Source of the DNA: Octopus vulgaris
Taxonomy: Eukaryota
Assembly: GCA_951406725.2 (NCBI GenBank)
Contig: OX597839.1
Location: forward strand, 2,666,001 to 2,730,000
DNA: 64,000 nt
Direction of reading: 5' to 3'
Position numbers and translations under genes: made by a program. A model generated the notes under the pieces. That model saw nothing but the letters and a program-made list of their open reading frames with translations. It was not told the DNA's origin and did not search any database. This document shows positions 12,480-25,107 of the stretch, in pieces (the stretch's first letter is position 1; each line of letters begins with the position of its first letter).

Positions 12480-12925
12480 GACCCTTCTGCCCAGCATTCG
12501 CCATGATAGATTGTTAGCCACTACACCTTTTTCTATTTTCTCTCCCTGTTTATTTCTGTGTTCCTTTCTGTCGAAGGAAGAGCGGAGGCTCGAAACATAA
12601 AAGACTTTCTCAGTTCCTGAGCGAGCGTTAAACAAATATATCTGTTTGTTGTTTATACACCCATCTTCGTCTTTTGTTTTTTCATAAATTCTCACTGTAT
12701 ATATATATATATAGTTAATCCAAACAAGAAAACACAAAAAAACACACCAACGCGAGGACGTGGAACAAATAAAGTATTATTGGACGCTCAGGAAAGAAGG
12801 GAAGAAGGAGGGTTTAACATTTCGAGTGGAGCTCTTCGTCGGAAACATAGGAGAAGGGAAGATCCCGAGAAGGGAAGACAGAGGAAAAAAAAATCGCTGG
12901 CGGTACTCACAAGGTCACATATTGA
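12480..12925. mobile_element. Tail-to-tail pair of Penelope-like pLTR modules around (TA)n
   Basis: Plus module (~12480-12697) carries AGAGCGGAGGCTC-GAAACATA; minus module (~12715-12925) carries CCGACGA-AGAGCTCCACTC-GAAATGTTA. A homologue of the plus module lies at 13905-14090. Confidence 0.55.
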
Positions 12926-13468
12926 AAGGCCGGAAGTTGTAAGGTGGAAGAATAATGTTTTTTAAAGACAGGAGAGTTTCAAAGACAGAATGGTAAGGAC
13001 AAGGAAATGTGTGTGGATGTGTGCGTGCGCGAAGGTCTGCGGGTGTGCGTATGTGTGCAATGATGACACGCGTGGGTGCGTGTGTGTTTGTATGTGTGTA
13101 TGGTGAACAACTGGCTAGTAGCTGGCCAGTTTGTAAGAATAAGGAGTGGTGATTTTTGTGTCCAGCACAGGTCAAAAACAAAGAGGTATGTGTGTGTGCG
13201 TGTATGTATATGTATCGTGTGTGTGTTTTGTTTGTAGTGTGTGTGTGTGTATGTGTGTGTTCGTGTGTGTATGCGTAGAGTTTGGGTGTGTGGCGAGTAA
13301 CTGTGCTTAACTTAGTGTATGTGTGCATGTACGTGCGTGTGTGTGTGTATATATATGTATGTATAATTGTGTGTATGGGATGTATGTGTGGGTTCATTTG
13401 TGTGTGTATGTATGTGCGTGTAGTTGTGTGTGCATGTATGTGTGCGTTTGTATGTGTGTGTGTGTACG

Positions 13469-13526
<58 letters not shown>

Positions 13527-13539
13527 CATATATATACAT

Positions 13540-14086
13540 ACTGGTGACAAAGGGTCTCTCACTCAGAGTGAAAGGTAGATTGTACGACGCATGTGTGCGA
13601 ACTGCCGTGCTTCACTGTAGTGAAACATGGGCTGTGACTGCGGAGGACATGCATAGGTTTGAAAGAAATGAAGATAGCATGATCCACTGGATGTGTAATG
13701 TCTGTCCATGCACGCAACAGAGTGTAAGCGCCCTGAGAGAAATGTTGGGCATAAGAAGCATCAAATGCAGCGTGCAAGAGAGACGTATGCGTTGGTATGG
13801 TCATGTACTACAGATGGATGAGGAGAGATGTGTGAAGAAGTGCCACTCCCAAACTGTTGGAGGAATCTGAAGGCAGTAAAGAAATATATATACATGCACA
13901 CACTATGATAGACTGCTAGCCCCTAAAGCTTATATTATTCTCTCTCTCTTTATTTTCTCATGTTCCTTCTGTTGAAGAGCATAGGGTCAAAACATAAAAG
14001 ACTTTCCCACCTTCCCGAGCATTAAACTAATACACCTGTTTGCTGTTTATACACCTGTCTTAGTCTTTTGTTTTTCTGTAAATTCC

Positions 14087-14121
<35 letters not shown>

Positions 14122-14445
14122 ATAGTGGCATGTAAAAAGCACCATTTGAGCGTGGTCGATGCCAGTGCCAGCTGACTGGTCCTGTGCCAGTGGCACATAA
14201 AAAACACCATTCAACCGTGGCCGATCCCAGTACTACCTGACTGGCCCTCATGCCGGTGGCACCTAAAAAGCACCCACTACACTCTCAGAGTGGTTGGTGT
14301 TAGGAAGGGCATCCAGCTGTAGAAACATTACCAGATCAAGATTGGAGCCTGGTGCAGCTTTCTGGCTCGTCAGCTTTCAGTCGAACCATCCAACCCATAC
14401 CAGCATGGAAAGCAGACATTAAACAACGACGATGATGATGATAAT
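13540..14445 (+). mobile_element. RTE LINE fragment interrupted by a Penelope-like module and (TA)n
   Basis: LSLRVKGRLYDACVRTAVLHCSETWA...RMRWYGHVLQMDEERCVKKC (13540-13870); the same 3'UTR/tail resumes at ~14125-14445. Confidence 0.85.
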
Positions 14446-14673
14446 GAATGTATACCAATGAAGCATAAAGTTCTCATGGGTTGGCAACAAAACGATATCC
14501 ATGTCACAAAAGAACTTCATGAAAACACAAATATACTCAGAAAAAAAAGAATGACAAAAGTTCACATAAAATGTACACAATAGAATTTTAACACCTCAGA
14601 TAAACCAACAGAGTACAAAAAAAAATGTATGTCAATAATACTTTTGTCAGTATATCTCACACACACACATAAA

Positions 14674-15322
14674 CAGGGTGTGGTGAATACATGGTCATCA
14701 AAATTAGACAAAAATGAAAATAACAGTTATATCTCATTTTAACAGCTGAATATATTTATTCAATAAAGTCGCCATTGGCTTCAACCACGGCCTCCAGATG
14801 ACTTCGGAATCTCCAGCAACTCTTCTGGACAGTCTCCTTGTTTAAGTTGGTGAATGCTGCCATGATTCTTGCCTTTAGTTCATCTTTGGTGTTACAAGGA
14901 GTTTTGTTGGTCTCTCGCTCAACTGCGCTCCACACATAATAATCAAGGGGGTTGCAGTCTGGGGAGTTAGGTGGCCAGATGTTAGGGGTGATGTGGTCGC
15001 AGAAATTGTCTGACAGCCATGACTGAGTTCTCCTGCTTGTGTCGCAGGGTGCAGAATCCTGTTGTCAGACACAGGGTCTTCCAGCAGCCACTCTCTTGAT
15101 CCAGGGTAGCACTACCTCCTCCAGGTACTTGATGTAAGCCTCCGTGCTGAGTCTGAGGCTGTGTGGGAAGATGAACGGAGGCATACTGCCGCCATCATTA
15201 GTGATCACTCCAAACACCATGATGTTTGGATTTTATCACTCTCGATACATGTATTGGGGACAAGGCAAGCCAACGGTTGTTCTGTGTGTTCACCATCTGA
15301 TCCTGGCAGAAATTTTTCAAAA
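14674..15322 (-). mobile_element. Decayed maT (DD37D) Tc1/mariner transposon, 3' part
   Basis: Minus-strand translation reads EKNFCQDQ..NTQNNRWLA..QQDSAPC-..-WPPNSPDCNPLDYYVW..ANGDFIE* (stop 14756-14758). I count 37 residues between the second and third catalytic D. TIR-like CAGGGTG end at ~14674; cut by a SINE at 15329. Confidence 0.88.
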
Positions 15323-15328
15323 GCTTCA

Positions 15329-15722
15329 CAGGCGTAGGAGTGGCTGTGTGGTAAGTAGCTTGCTAACCAACCACATGGTTCCGGGTTCAGTTCCACTGCG
15401 TGGCATCTTGGGCAAGTGTCTTCTGCTATAGCCCCAGGCCGACCAATGCCTAGTGAGTAGATTTGGTAGACGGAAACTGAAAGAAGCCTGTCGTATATAT
15501 ATATATGTATGTGTGTATGTTTGTGTGTCTGTGTTTGTCCCCCTAGCATGGCTTGACAACCGATGCTGGTGTGTTTACGTCCCCGTCACTTAGCAGTTCG
15601 GCAAAAAGAGACCGATAGAATAAGTACTGGGCTTACAAAAGAATAAGTCCCGGGGTCGATTTGCTCGACTAAATGCGGTGCTCCAGCATGGCCGCAGTCA
15701 AATGACTGAAACAAGCAAAAGA
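15329..15722 (+). mobile_element. SINE-A copy
   Basis: Full-length homologue truncating the maT element. Confidence 0.9.
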
Positions 15723-16091
15723 AAAAAGAATAAAAAGAAAATGCACAAAATTAAAAATATAAAAAACGCTCAAAAATGGTGTTTTTTACGTGCCACCTGC
15801 ACAGGAGTCAGTCCAGCAGCACTGGCAACGACCTCGCTCGAAAGTTTTCTTCACGTGCCACTGGCACAAGTGCCAGTGAGGCGACGCTGACAATGATCAT
15901 GCTCAAATGGTGCTCTTTACATGCATGTGCATTTTGTTTCTGTCAACTACTGTCTATGAGAAAAACAGCACATGGTTCAATCACACTGAACCCAGAAGGC
16001 AAGTGTCATTCTACTATAGCCTTGGGCCAACCAAAGCCTTGTAAGTGGATTTGGTAGACTGAAACTGAAAGAGACCCATATATATATATAT

Positions 16092-16320
16092 AAGGCGACG
16101 AGCTGGCAGAAACGTTAGCACGCCGGGCGAAATGCTTTGCGGTATTTCGTCTGCCGCTATGTTCTGAGTTCAATTTCCGCCGAGGTCGACTTTGCCTTTC
16201 ATCCTTTTGGGGTCGATAAATTAAGTACCTATTACACACTGGGGTCGATGTAATCGACTTAATCCGTTTGTTTGTCCTCTCTGTGTTTAGCCCCTTGTGG
16301 GTAGTGGGTAGTAAAGAAAT
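16092..16320 (+). mobile_element. SINE-B inserted in the microsatellite of a SINE-A
   Basis: Full SINE-B flanked by (TA)n; SINE-A halves at ~15965-16080 and 16325-16540. Confidence 0.88.
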
Positions 16321-16538
16321 ATATATAAGTGTGTGTGTGTGTGTGTTTGTCCCACCCCACCCCCAACATCACTTGACAGCCAATGCTGGTATGTTTACAT
16401 CCCTGTAACTTAGCAGTTCAGCAAAAGAGACTGATAGAATAAGCACTAGGCTGACAAAGAATAAGTCCTGGGGTTGATTTGCTCCACTAAAGGCGGTGCT
16501 CCAGCATGGCTGCAGTCAAATGACTGAAACAGGTAAAA

Positions 16539-16574
<36 letters not shown>

Positions 16575-16744
16575 GCATGCATGGTAGTATGATAAGAAGC
16601 TTGCTTCCCAACCACATGGTTGCAGGGTCAGTCCCGTTGTGTAGCACTTTGAGCAAGTGTCTTCTACTGTAGCCTCGGGCTGACCAAAGCCTTGTGAGTG
16701 GATTTGATAGACAGAACTGAAAGAAGCCCGTTGTATCTTTATAT

Positions 16745-17138
16745 ACTCTTTTACTCGTTTCAGTCATTTGACTGTGGCCATGCTGGAGCACCGCCTTTAG
16801 TCGAGCAACTCAACTCCAGGACTTATTCTTTGTAAGCCCAGTACTTATTCTATCGATCTCTTTTGCCGGACCGCTAAGTGACGGGGACATAAAGACACCA
16901 GCATCGGTTCTCAAGCAATGCTAGGGGAACAAACACAGACACACGAACATACATGCACACATACATATATATATACGACGGGCTTCTTTCAGTTTCCGTC
17001 TACCAAATCCACTCACAAGGCTTTGGTCGGCCCGAGGCTATAGTAGAAGACACTTGTCCAAGGTGCCACGCAGTGGGACTGAACCCGGAACTATGTGGTT
17101 GGTAAGCAAGCTACTTACCACACAGCCACTCCTGCGCC
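16745..17138 (-). mobile_element. SINE-A copy
   Basis: Full-length reverse-complement copy, CpGs retained. Confidence 0.9.
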
Positions 17139-18274
17139 TGTATATATGCATGTATTTATGTATATATGCATATATATGCATGTATTTAAGTGTGTGTGTG
17201 TGTGTTTGTCCCCCACCCCCACCCCACTGCCTGACAACAGATGTTGGCGTGATTACGACCCCGTAACATAGAGGTTCTGCAAAAGAACTGATAGAATAAG
17301 CTAGGGATTGATTTCTTCGACTGAAAGGCGGTGCTCCAGTATGGCCACAGTCAAATGACAAATAAAATATACATATATATATATATATATATAGGGGGGC
17401 GGAGAGTTTGTGTCTGTCCAACACCACTGCTTGTGAAAGAGTGTTGGCTTGTTAGGTAGCGGTTCGGCAGACGATACCGATAGAATAGAGTGCCACACTT
17501 TAAAAAATGAAAAAAGGAATATTGGAGGGATTCGTTCGACTAAGACTAAACCCTTCAATGCGGTGCCCCAGGATGGTTGCAATCAAATGACAGAAATAAG
17601 CAAAAGACATGCATTAAATACACACACACATACGAGCAAAATGAAATCCGTTCTCTTATCTATGGAATATAATTAAGCCACCTTATGTTATATATCGCGA
17701 TACATATTTTAAATTATCTTCAAAGTATATTGATAATATAATGATTTCGTTACATGCTAGCGAATATGAACACAGCATTTTTCTTATCAAAAGGCTCGTT
17801 CGTATGCATGTATATATATATATAAATATATGTATATATGTATGATATGCACATATAAATATATTTGTATATATGTGTGATATGCACATATAAATATATT
17901 TGTATATGTGTGTGTACCTATATTATATATATAGCATATGCGAACTGAAGCTGAGCGGTACAAGTACTCAATACTGTTAGGTAGAGTGGAATAATATTAC
18001 TCAAAGGTAACTCGGGAATTTCTCATCATAAATATATCGGGCTCATAAAAAGAGCAATCTACCTATCATTACACACACACACCTCAAAGGTATACACCCT
18101 TCGTTATACGTTTTATGTGTGGTAACTACCTGGTGCTTCGAACTTAATGTATTATGCACAAGATATGTCTACTAAATACTATGTTAAGACTTTAAATGCA
18201 TCAAGTGACATCTTGTTTCTTGAAATGAATATTTAAAAACTGATGAGGGGAGGGGTTTATTTACTTTTGATATA

Positions 18275-18327
<53 letters not shown>

Positions 18328-19154
18328 CGGTGGTAAGCCCCCTTTTAGAATCATCGCTCAATTCTAACACACAAAAAAGTGAAATTTTAGTTACGTAGAA
18401 AGAATCAGGGATGATTATGAAAATCCAGTAAGGTATTATATAGATATACATACAGACACATACTTATACACATGTGTGTGTGTATAGTTGCATGATTTTC
18501 ATGTAATACTCCATATATTTTCTAGCTTGTTACTCTGAAGGAAAAAGGGGTAAGACCTGTGTGTATGGCCATCTAAGACATCCAAGCACATTCGACCCTC
18601 TCCTAGGGTTAAATAGGGTGGAGCCGTGTCTAGTGCACTGACCCCATTTCCGTTAACAAACCTTTTATGTAGTCCTTTAACATGTTAGAACTAGCAACCA
18701 AATCTCCCTCAAAACCAATCTTGTCAATGGATGCACAAAAATAGACGAGAGAGTCACGACTGGAGTGTTGTCTTCAATCATAGATCTTAAAAGAATAGAA
18801 ACTAAACAACAGTATATCGGTGGGGGGATGGAAGGGATTAAATGGGAGAGTCTATTGTAGTTTGCCTTATTTAGTTTCTTTCACACAGTTGAGCGCCGGA
18901 CTAAATATTTTCTTATTCAAGTAGTGGTGCATTTTGTGATTTTTTTTATTTGTCATTCGGATCTAATTAAATACCTGTAATATACAGGTACGAATCAATG
19001 TCAGCAGCCTACGACTACCTCGATTTAGTAGTGTTGCTTCTCTTTGTGATCACTCGATTTACAAAAAGAAAAAAAATAGCAGCTAAATCTTTTTCATTAT
19101 ATTCTCTGTACAACTACTGTTAAAAAAAGCTTTGTACATGTAAAAGAAGCCCGT

Positions 19155-19189
<35 letters not shown>

Positions 19190-19274
19190 AGAGAGAGATC
19201 CTTCACTTGTTTTAGTCATTGGACTGCAGCCATGCTGGGGCACTGCCTTGAAGTGCCCCAGCAGGTCGAGATGA

Positions 19275-19720
19275 AGTGATCCCATATGTATAACTATGCC
19301 TTAATAAAGACTGGACGGCCACGGATGGAACGCCACGCATTATAGAAAAATAAGGAACAAGAAATAGATTAAGTAGACACAGACAGTGTTTTAAATATAA
19401 AGAACGACGGTCACGGATGGAACGCCACGGCTTATAGAAAAATAAGGAACAACATGCTACATTAAGTAGAAACAATTAGTCTAAAACAAAAAGACAACGG
19501 TCGCGGATGGAACGTCACGGTAGAACAAGGAATGGACAACACATGAGATAGAATAGACCTTATACTGTAAGATGTTGAACGAAAGATGGGATGGTCATGT
19601 GTGGAACAACATTAATCATAGAAAGCCAAAGAGTGATACACTGCAATAAGGTCCAAGTCCCATATGTATTGCACTTACGCCTGACTAAAACGATGGGATG
19701 GTCACAGCCAGCACACAGAT
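19275..19720. repeat. ~92-bp degenerate tandem repeat, ~5 units
   Basis: GACGGTCACGGATGGAACGCCAC-like anchors at 19314, 19406, 19496, ~19590 and ~19697. Confidence 0.75.
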
Positions 19721-20015
19721 GATCCTGGGTCTGTCCGTTCGTCGATCAGGGAGCTTAGCAAGAAATAACAAATCGGTCTTTATACTTAGTTCGACGCACA
19801 ACCCCGTCCTCGTTCACCCCCAACTCCCCCACAAACCAAATGTCCAATATTTACTGATGGTTCGTTATTATTTTCGCTATAAATCAATTAACTAAAGAGA
19901 CAGATGAAAAAAAAAAGACAAGTAATCCGTTATACAGACATACATAACTGTGCATACGTGTATTATATGTATATATACGTATATGTACATCAAACCTAAT
20001 CGTGCTTATATGCCC

Positions 20016-20056
<41 letters not shown>

Positions 20057-20329
20057 TATTATATATATATATATATAAATATATTATATATATATATATA
20101 TATATGTATGTATATGTGTGTGTATGTATTACAGATACATTTTAACAAGACAAGTGCTCTCAACAGGGTACATCACAACTCATTTGACTGAGGTATTTTT
20201 CACCCAAATGTTCAACAAATGTTTGTATATAAATTTATCATTTTGCGGCTTCGACATAAAAAATCTTTTAGAAAGTAATAAATAAGAACGAAAAGGAAAG
20301 AGTCGACATCTGATACAAAGACACGCAAT

Positions 20330-20384
<55 letters not shown>

Positions 20385-22201
20385 CCCGTTGATGAGTAAC
20401 AAGCGACTTACATAGCTATTTAGACGTAGAGAGATGCTCGGTGATAAATGCAGTCTACCATAATAGTGTACGACGAAACCTTCAGATCCGGTTATGTTAT
20501 CATATTTTCTTTCAGATGACAAACAGACATTATATATATATATATATATATATATACATACGGAGAGAGACAGTTATACAACGGTATTCATACACACACA
20601 TATATAAACACACGTATATCTTGCATACATTCAGACACGTACATGCATACACACACACGTACACTCATACATACACATAACATATATATACTCATGCATA
20701 CACACATATATATATATGCGTACATATACATACACGCATCTTCACGCTCCCATTCTTCCGTAATGTACATAATGAGCGGAAAACAATACAAAACATACAT
20801 GCAAAAAAAAAGGAAAAGGAAAGAAAAACACAAAGACGAAAACAAAAAATTATTAAAATAAAATAAAAGTACAGAACTAGAACCGGAGATTACAGGGCGG
20901 TGGGTAGAAGAAAAAAAAGAAAACCCAAATAATATTAACTGCTTTTAAAGTGTGAAGTGAAGCAAATATTTTAAAAAAAAAAAAAAAGCAGTAGTAGTAA
21001 CTATAGTAATAGTTATAGTACTAACAGTAGTAGTAAAGTCAGATTGTGTGTGTTAGTGAACATTTATTATGCAATAATAATAAAAAAATAATGATAATAG
21101 TAATAATAATCCTTTCTGTTAAAGGCACGATGCCTGAAATTTGATGGGGGGTGGGTTAAAAATTAATGAAAAGAAAATGAGACAGACGGGGAAAGAATGA
21201 GAAATGAAGAGAGAAAGAGAGCGAGACGAAACCCTCTCTCACCCACAGAAAGAAGATATAATAATAATGACAGGAAATTAAAGAGACTTGCAGTGGCGTG
21301 CATTGGTGTGACAGGTAGCAAGATCAAGTCAAAATAACAGCGAAATTGCTCAGAAAATAGGGGGGAGGGGTTTTACAAAAATTAGATAATAACGATCATG
21401 ATGACGATGATGGTGATGATGATAATTGCTTCTAAAACATGAATAATAATAACATTATTACTATTATGTGCTTTTTGATGGGGGGTATTTTTTTAAAATG
21501 TATTTGGCGGATTTTTCCTGTCTTTCTTGCATTTCTTAACCACCGCTTCCCTCACACCCCTCTTCGACCAGGCAACATAAAAATTTTCGGGGAGATGAAA
21601 TAATGTTAATTGACCAATACTGGAAATTAGTAACACGAGATTCTCCTTCCTGTCAAAAAGTAACGGGGGAAAAAAGCGGCCTATAAAATATATAAGGAAC
21701 ATTATTATTAATATTAGTATACCATATCGAATAAACCGTACGTACATACATCCATATATATACATACTCTCTGGATATTTTATGGATTTTCAGATAATCG
21801 GAGTGATAGCAATGAAAAAGCTTCACTCTTTTCAATTTTCTTGTAGCCGATAGCGCTTCATATGGTAAACACCAGACCAATTCAACACTTCTGTGGCATA
21901 AAGTGAGAAGAAGTAGGGCAATGCTAACGACACTTTTCAGGGATTCCTAAACTGTTGGGTGGGAAATGTTAGGCCCCGAATCCTAGCAACAAAATACTAA
22001 TTCACTTAAAGACATCCAGGACCGACCAGGTGATGGTATGTTGGTGCTAAACCGGGCAGCAGACAAGAAATCTACCAACTGAAAACATATATTGGTCCCT
22101 AAGATAACAGGCTTCCCGCAGATTCTCTCACAAGACTTTTGGGTCGAGTCAAGGCTTTGTAAAAAGACACTTTGTCTCCACATACTTATATAGATACGTG
22201 T

Positions 22202-22238
<37 letters not shown>

Positions 22239-22915
22239 GCATATGCATGTGTTAGCTGTATATAATTAGAGTCAAATTGATGTTGACGGGTTGATGAATA
22301 TGTAGATATGTTAATAGAGGAGGGCAACAGCAAGGAAAGAATTGAAAGTTATTAAAGACATATTCTTAATGCTCTCTTTTCTTTTCCTAACCTCGGTATC
22401 CCCACCCCTGCATCAAGGCAATTATCACGTTCTGGAACAGTCTGGCTGTCAACCTTTCTTAGTGTCGTTATGTAAATATATTAATTATCAACGATGGATT
22501 AACAAGAGAATACATACACACACACATATATCCACCCCAATATTATATTTACATATATAATACACACACACATATACGTACATGGCTATACATACATACA
22601 AAGATGTCTAGGTACATACATAAATGTACCCATATATACATACACAGGGTCATATATAGACATTAGAAAGACAGACAAATTATATATTTAATACAGTGTA
22701 CATCAAATGATATATATATACACACATACGTTATATATGACAAGGGATGCTATCTATCTATATACATACATATAGTCATATATACACGCAAATATTCATA
22801 TACATACAGAAGAAACACACACGCATATATATATATATATATACACACATCGTTTTCGTTTTAAAGTCCTGTCGTGGATACAAAATACAAAAACATAACA
22901 TACAATATTTATATA

Positions 22916-22966
<51 letters not shown>

Positions 22967-23199
22967 GCACATGCATATATGTACATATCTATATGATCAT
23001 GTGTGTATAAATATATATATATATATGTACATAGATACACAAGTTTTAGCACCAAGAACTACATATAAGCTGACATTTCTGTACAAATGTCACAGAAAAA
23101 TAACTCACCAATGTTTATGTACATACACACATATATATATATATACATATATAAATACAAATATATATAAAAGTATATATATTTATAAATATATATACA

Positions 23200-23700
23200 T
23201 ATATGAGTCTCCGTGTGATCGCAAAAAAAAAAAATCACAAAAAACAGTTGACAAGCCGCTCGTAAATTCCGTTCTGAGGCGTAAAGTAAAGGTATCCTGG
23301 TTCGTCTCTCACTCTCTCTCTCTATCTCCACACAACCCGCACCTGCAGTCACCACCACCACCTCCACCGCGACGACAACGACGGCAGCAACTACCACTGT
23401 TAGTAATACTACTACTACTACCACTCGCACTGTCGGTCATTCGTTCATTCATTCGTTCGTGTATTCTTCCGTTCCTCCATTCGAACGTACGCACGCGACC
23501 GCACGCACATACATTGTAGTAAGTAAGATATACGCATACACAGTTTAGCATATACACGCATATATGCATACGCACACACATACACTATATGCAGCAATAG
23601 TAATGGGAATAGGAAGTGGGCAGAACTTAATGCTTTCTTCATGTTTCATTGGTTGAAAATAATTCTCGCTTGCCCTGAAACATTCACTCGACATCTATTG
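23200..23700 (-). promoter_or_regulatory. Candidate promoter/5' region of an unidentified minus-strand gene
   Basis: CpG-rich unique patch with GGT/CGT/AGT triplet runs, GGAAGT (~23612) and ATTGG (~23648) motifs, at the right edge of a CpG-retaining domain. No coding exon identified; strand is inferred. Confidence 0.35.
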
Positions 23701-23830
23701 TCATGTTTCGTACACGCACACACACACACACTCATATATATATATATATATATAAATATATAAATATACGTACAAGTATAGTTATATATGCACATATATA
23801 TATTTATATGTATTTATAGATACAAACATA

Positions 23831-23878
<48 letters not shown>

Positions 23879-23911
23879 CATACTTATACATATGTATATA
23901 TATATACATAC

Positions 23912-23955
<44 letters not shown>

Positions 23956-23982
23956 ATATGTATGTGTATATATGTATGTATC

Positions 23983-24025
<43 letters not shown>

Positions 24026-24230
24026 ACAGATTTTAGTGACGAGACTGTTTTCAAAGATTTCACTTGAAAATATCGACTTCACACCGCTTATTTTTATTGA
24101 TCACTAAATATCGAATGAGTAAAAATCTCCTGGCGGAAGGGACATAACTCGCAGGGAATAACTATCTTAAAGAATTTATCAGTAATCACCCGTCAATATA
24201 TATATGTACAATTACAGAAAGGGATATATA

Positions 24231-24262
<32 letters not shown>

Positions 24263-24263
<1 letters not shown>

Positions 24264-24478
24264 TTCTTTACTACCCACAAGGGGCTAAACACAGAGGAGA
24301 CAAACGGATTAAGTTGATTACATCGACCCCAGTGCGTAACTGGTACTTAATTTATCGACCCCGGAAGGATGAAAGGCAAAGTCGACCTCGGCGGAATTTG
24401 AACTCGGAACGTAACGGCAGACGAAATACGGCAACGCATTTCGCCCGGCGTGCTAACGTTTCTGCCAGCTCGCCGCCT
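24263..24478 (-). mobile_element. SINE-B copy
   Basis: Young, CpG-rich homologue. Confidence 0.88.
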
Positions 24479-24848
24479 TCAATTTTGTGTGTAGTGTAGA
24501 ACCACGGAAATCAATGTGCAACATTTCAGGAAACTTTCAAATCCGAAAATCTTTGACCATTGACCTCTTGACCAAACAGCAACAACAATATAATTGACAA
24601 ATGGGGCTTCATCCTTTTATATTACCTTTATAGATTCAGGTGGTCAAAAATAAAAGAAATTCTACAAGTCCCTTATTGGTAGTTGATGAGAACAATCATA
24701 AAGTTTTCTCAGAGTATATTTTCTTTCCAAGTAAGCACATGAATGCAAAACAAGGTGGAAAAAATAGTACTTGAATACCAAAGGCAGAGTCATATACTAT
24801 TTCATTACAGCACCAAAAAAACTTTGTGCTAAAAAACCCAAAAAAACA

Positions 24849-25100
24849 ATGTATGTATGTATGTATGTATGTATGTATGTATGTATGTATGTATGTATGT
24901 ATGTATGTATGTATGTATGTATGTATGTATGTATGTATGTATGTATGTATGTATGTACGTATGTATGTATCTATGCATGTATGTATGTGTGTATGTATGT
25001 ATGTATCTATGTATGTATGTACGTATGTATGTATGTATGTATGTGTGTATGTATGCATGTATGTACGTATGTATGTATGTGTATGTGTGTGTGTGTGTGT
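24849..25100. repeat. (TATG)n then (TG)n microsatellite
   Basis: Direct inspection. Confidence 0.95.
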
Positions 25101-25107
25101 GGAGATA

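Noticed and set aside
19314-19520. CRISPR-like repeat-spacer array (also 61650-61996, 47283-47410)
   Set aside because: Eukaryotic context, no cas genes, and the intervening sequences are homologous to one another.
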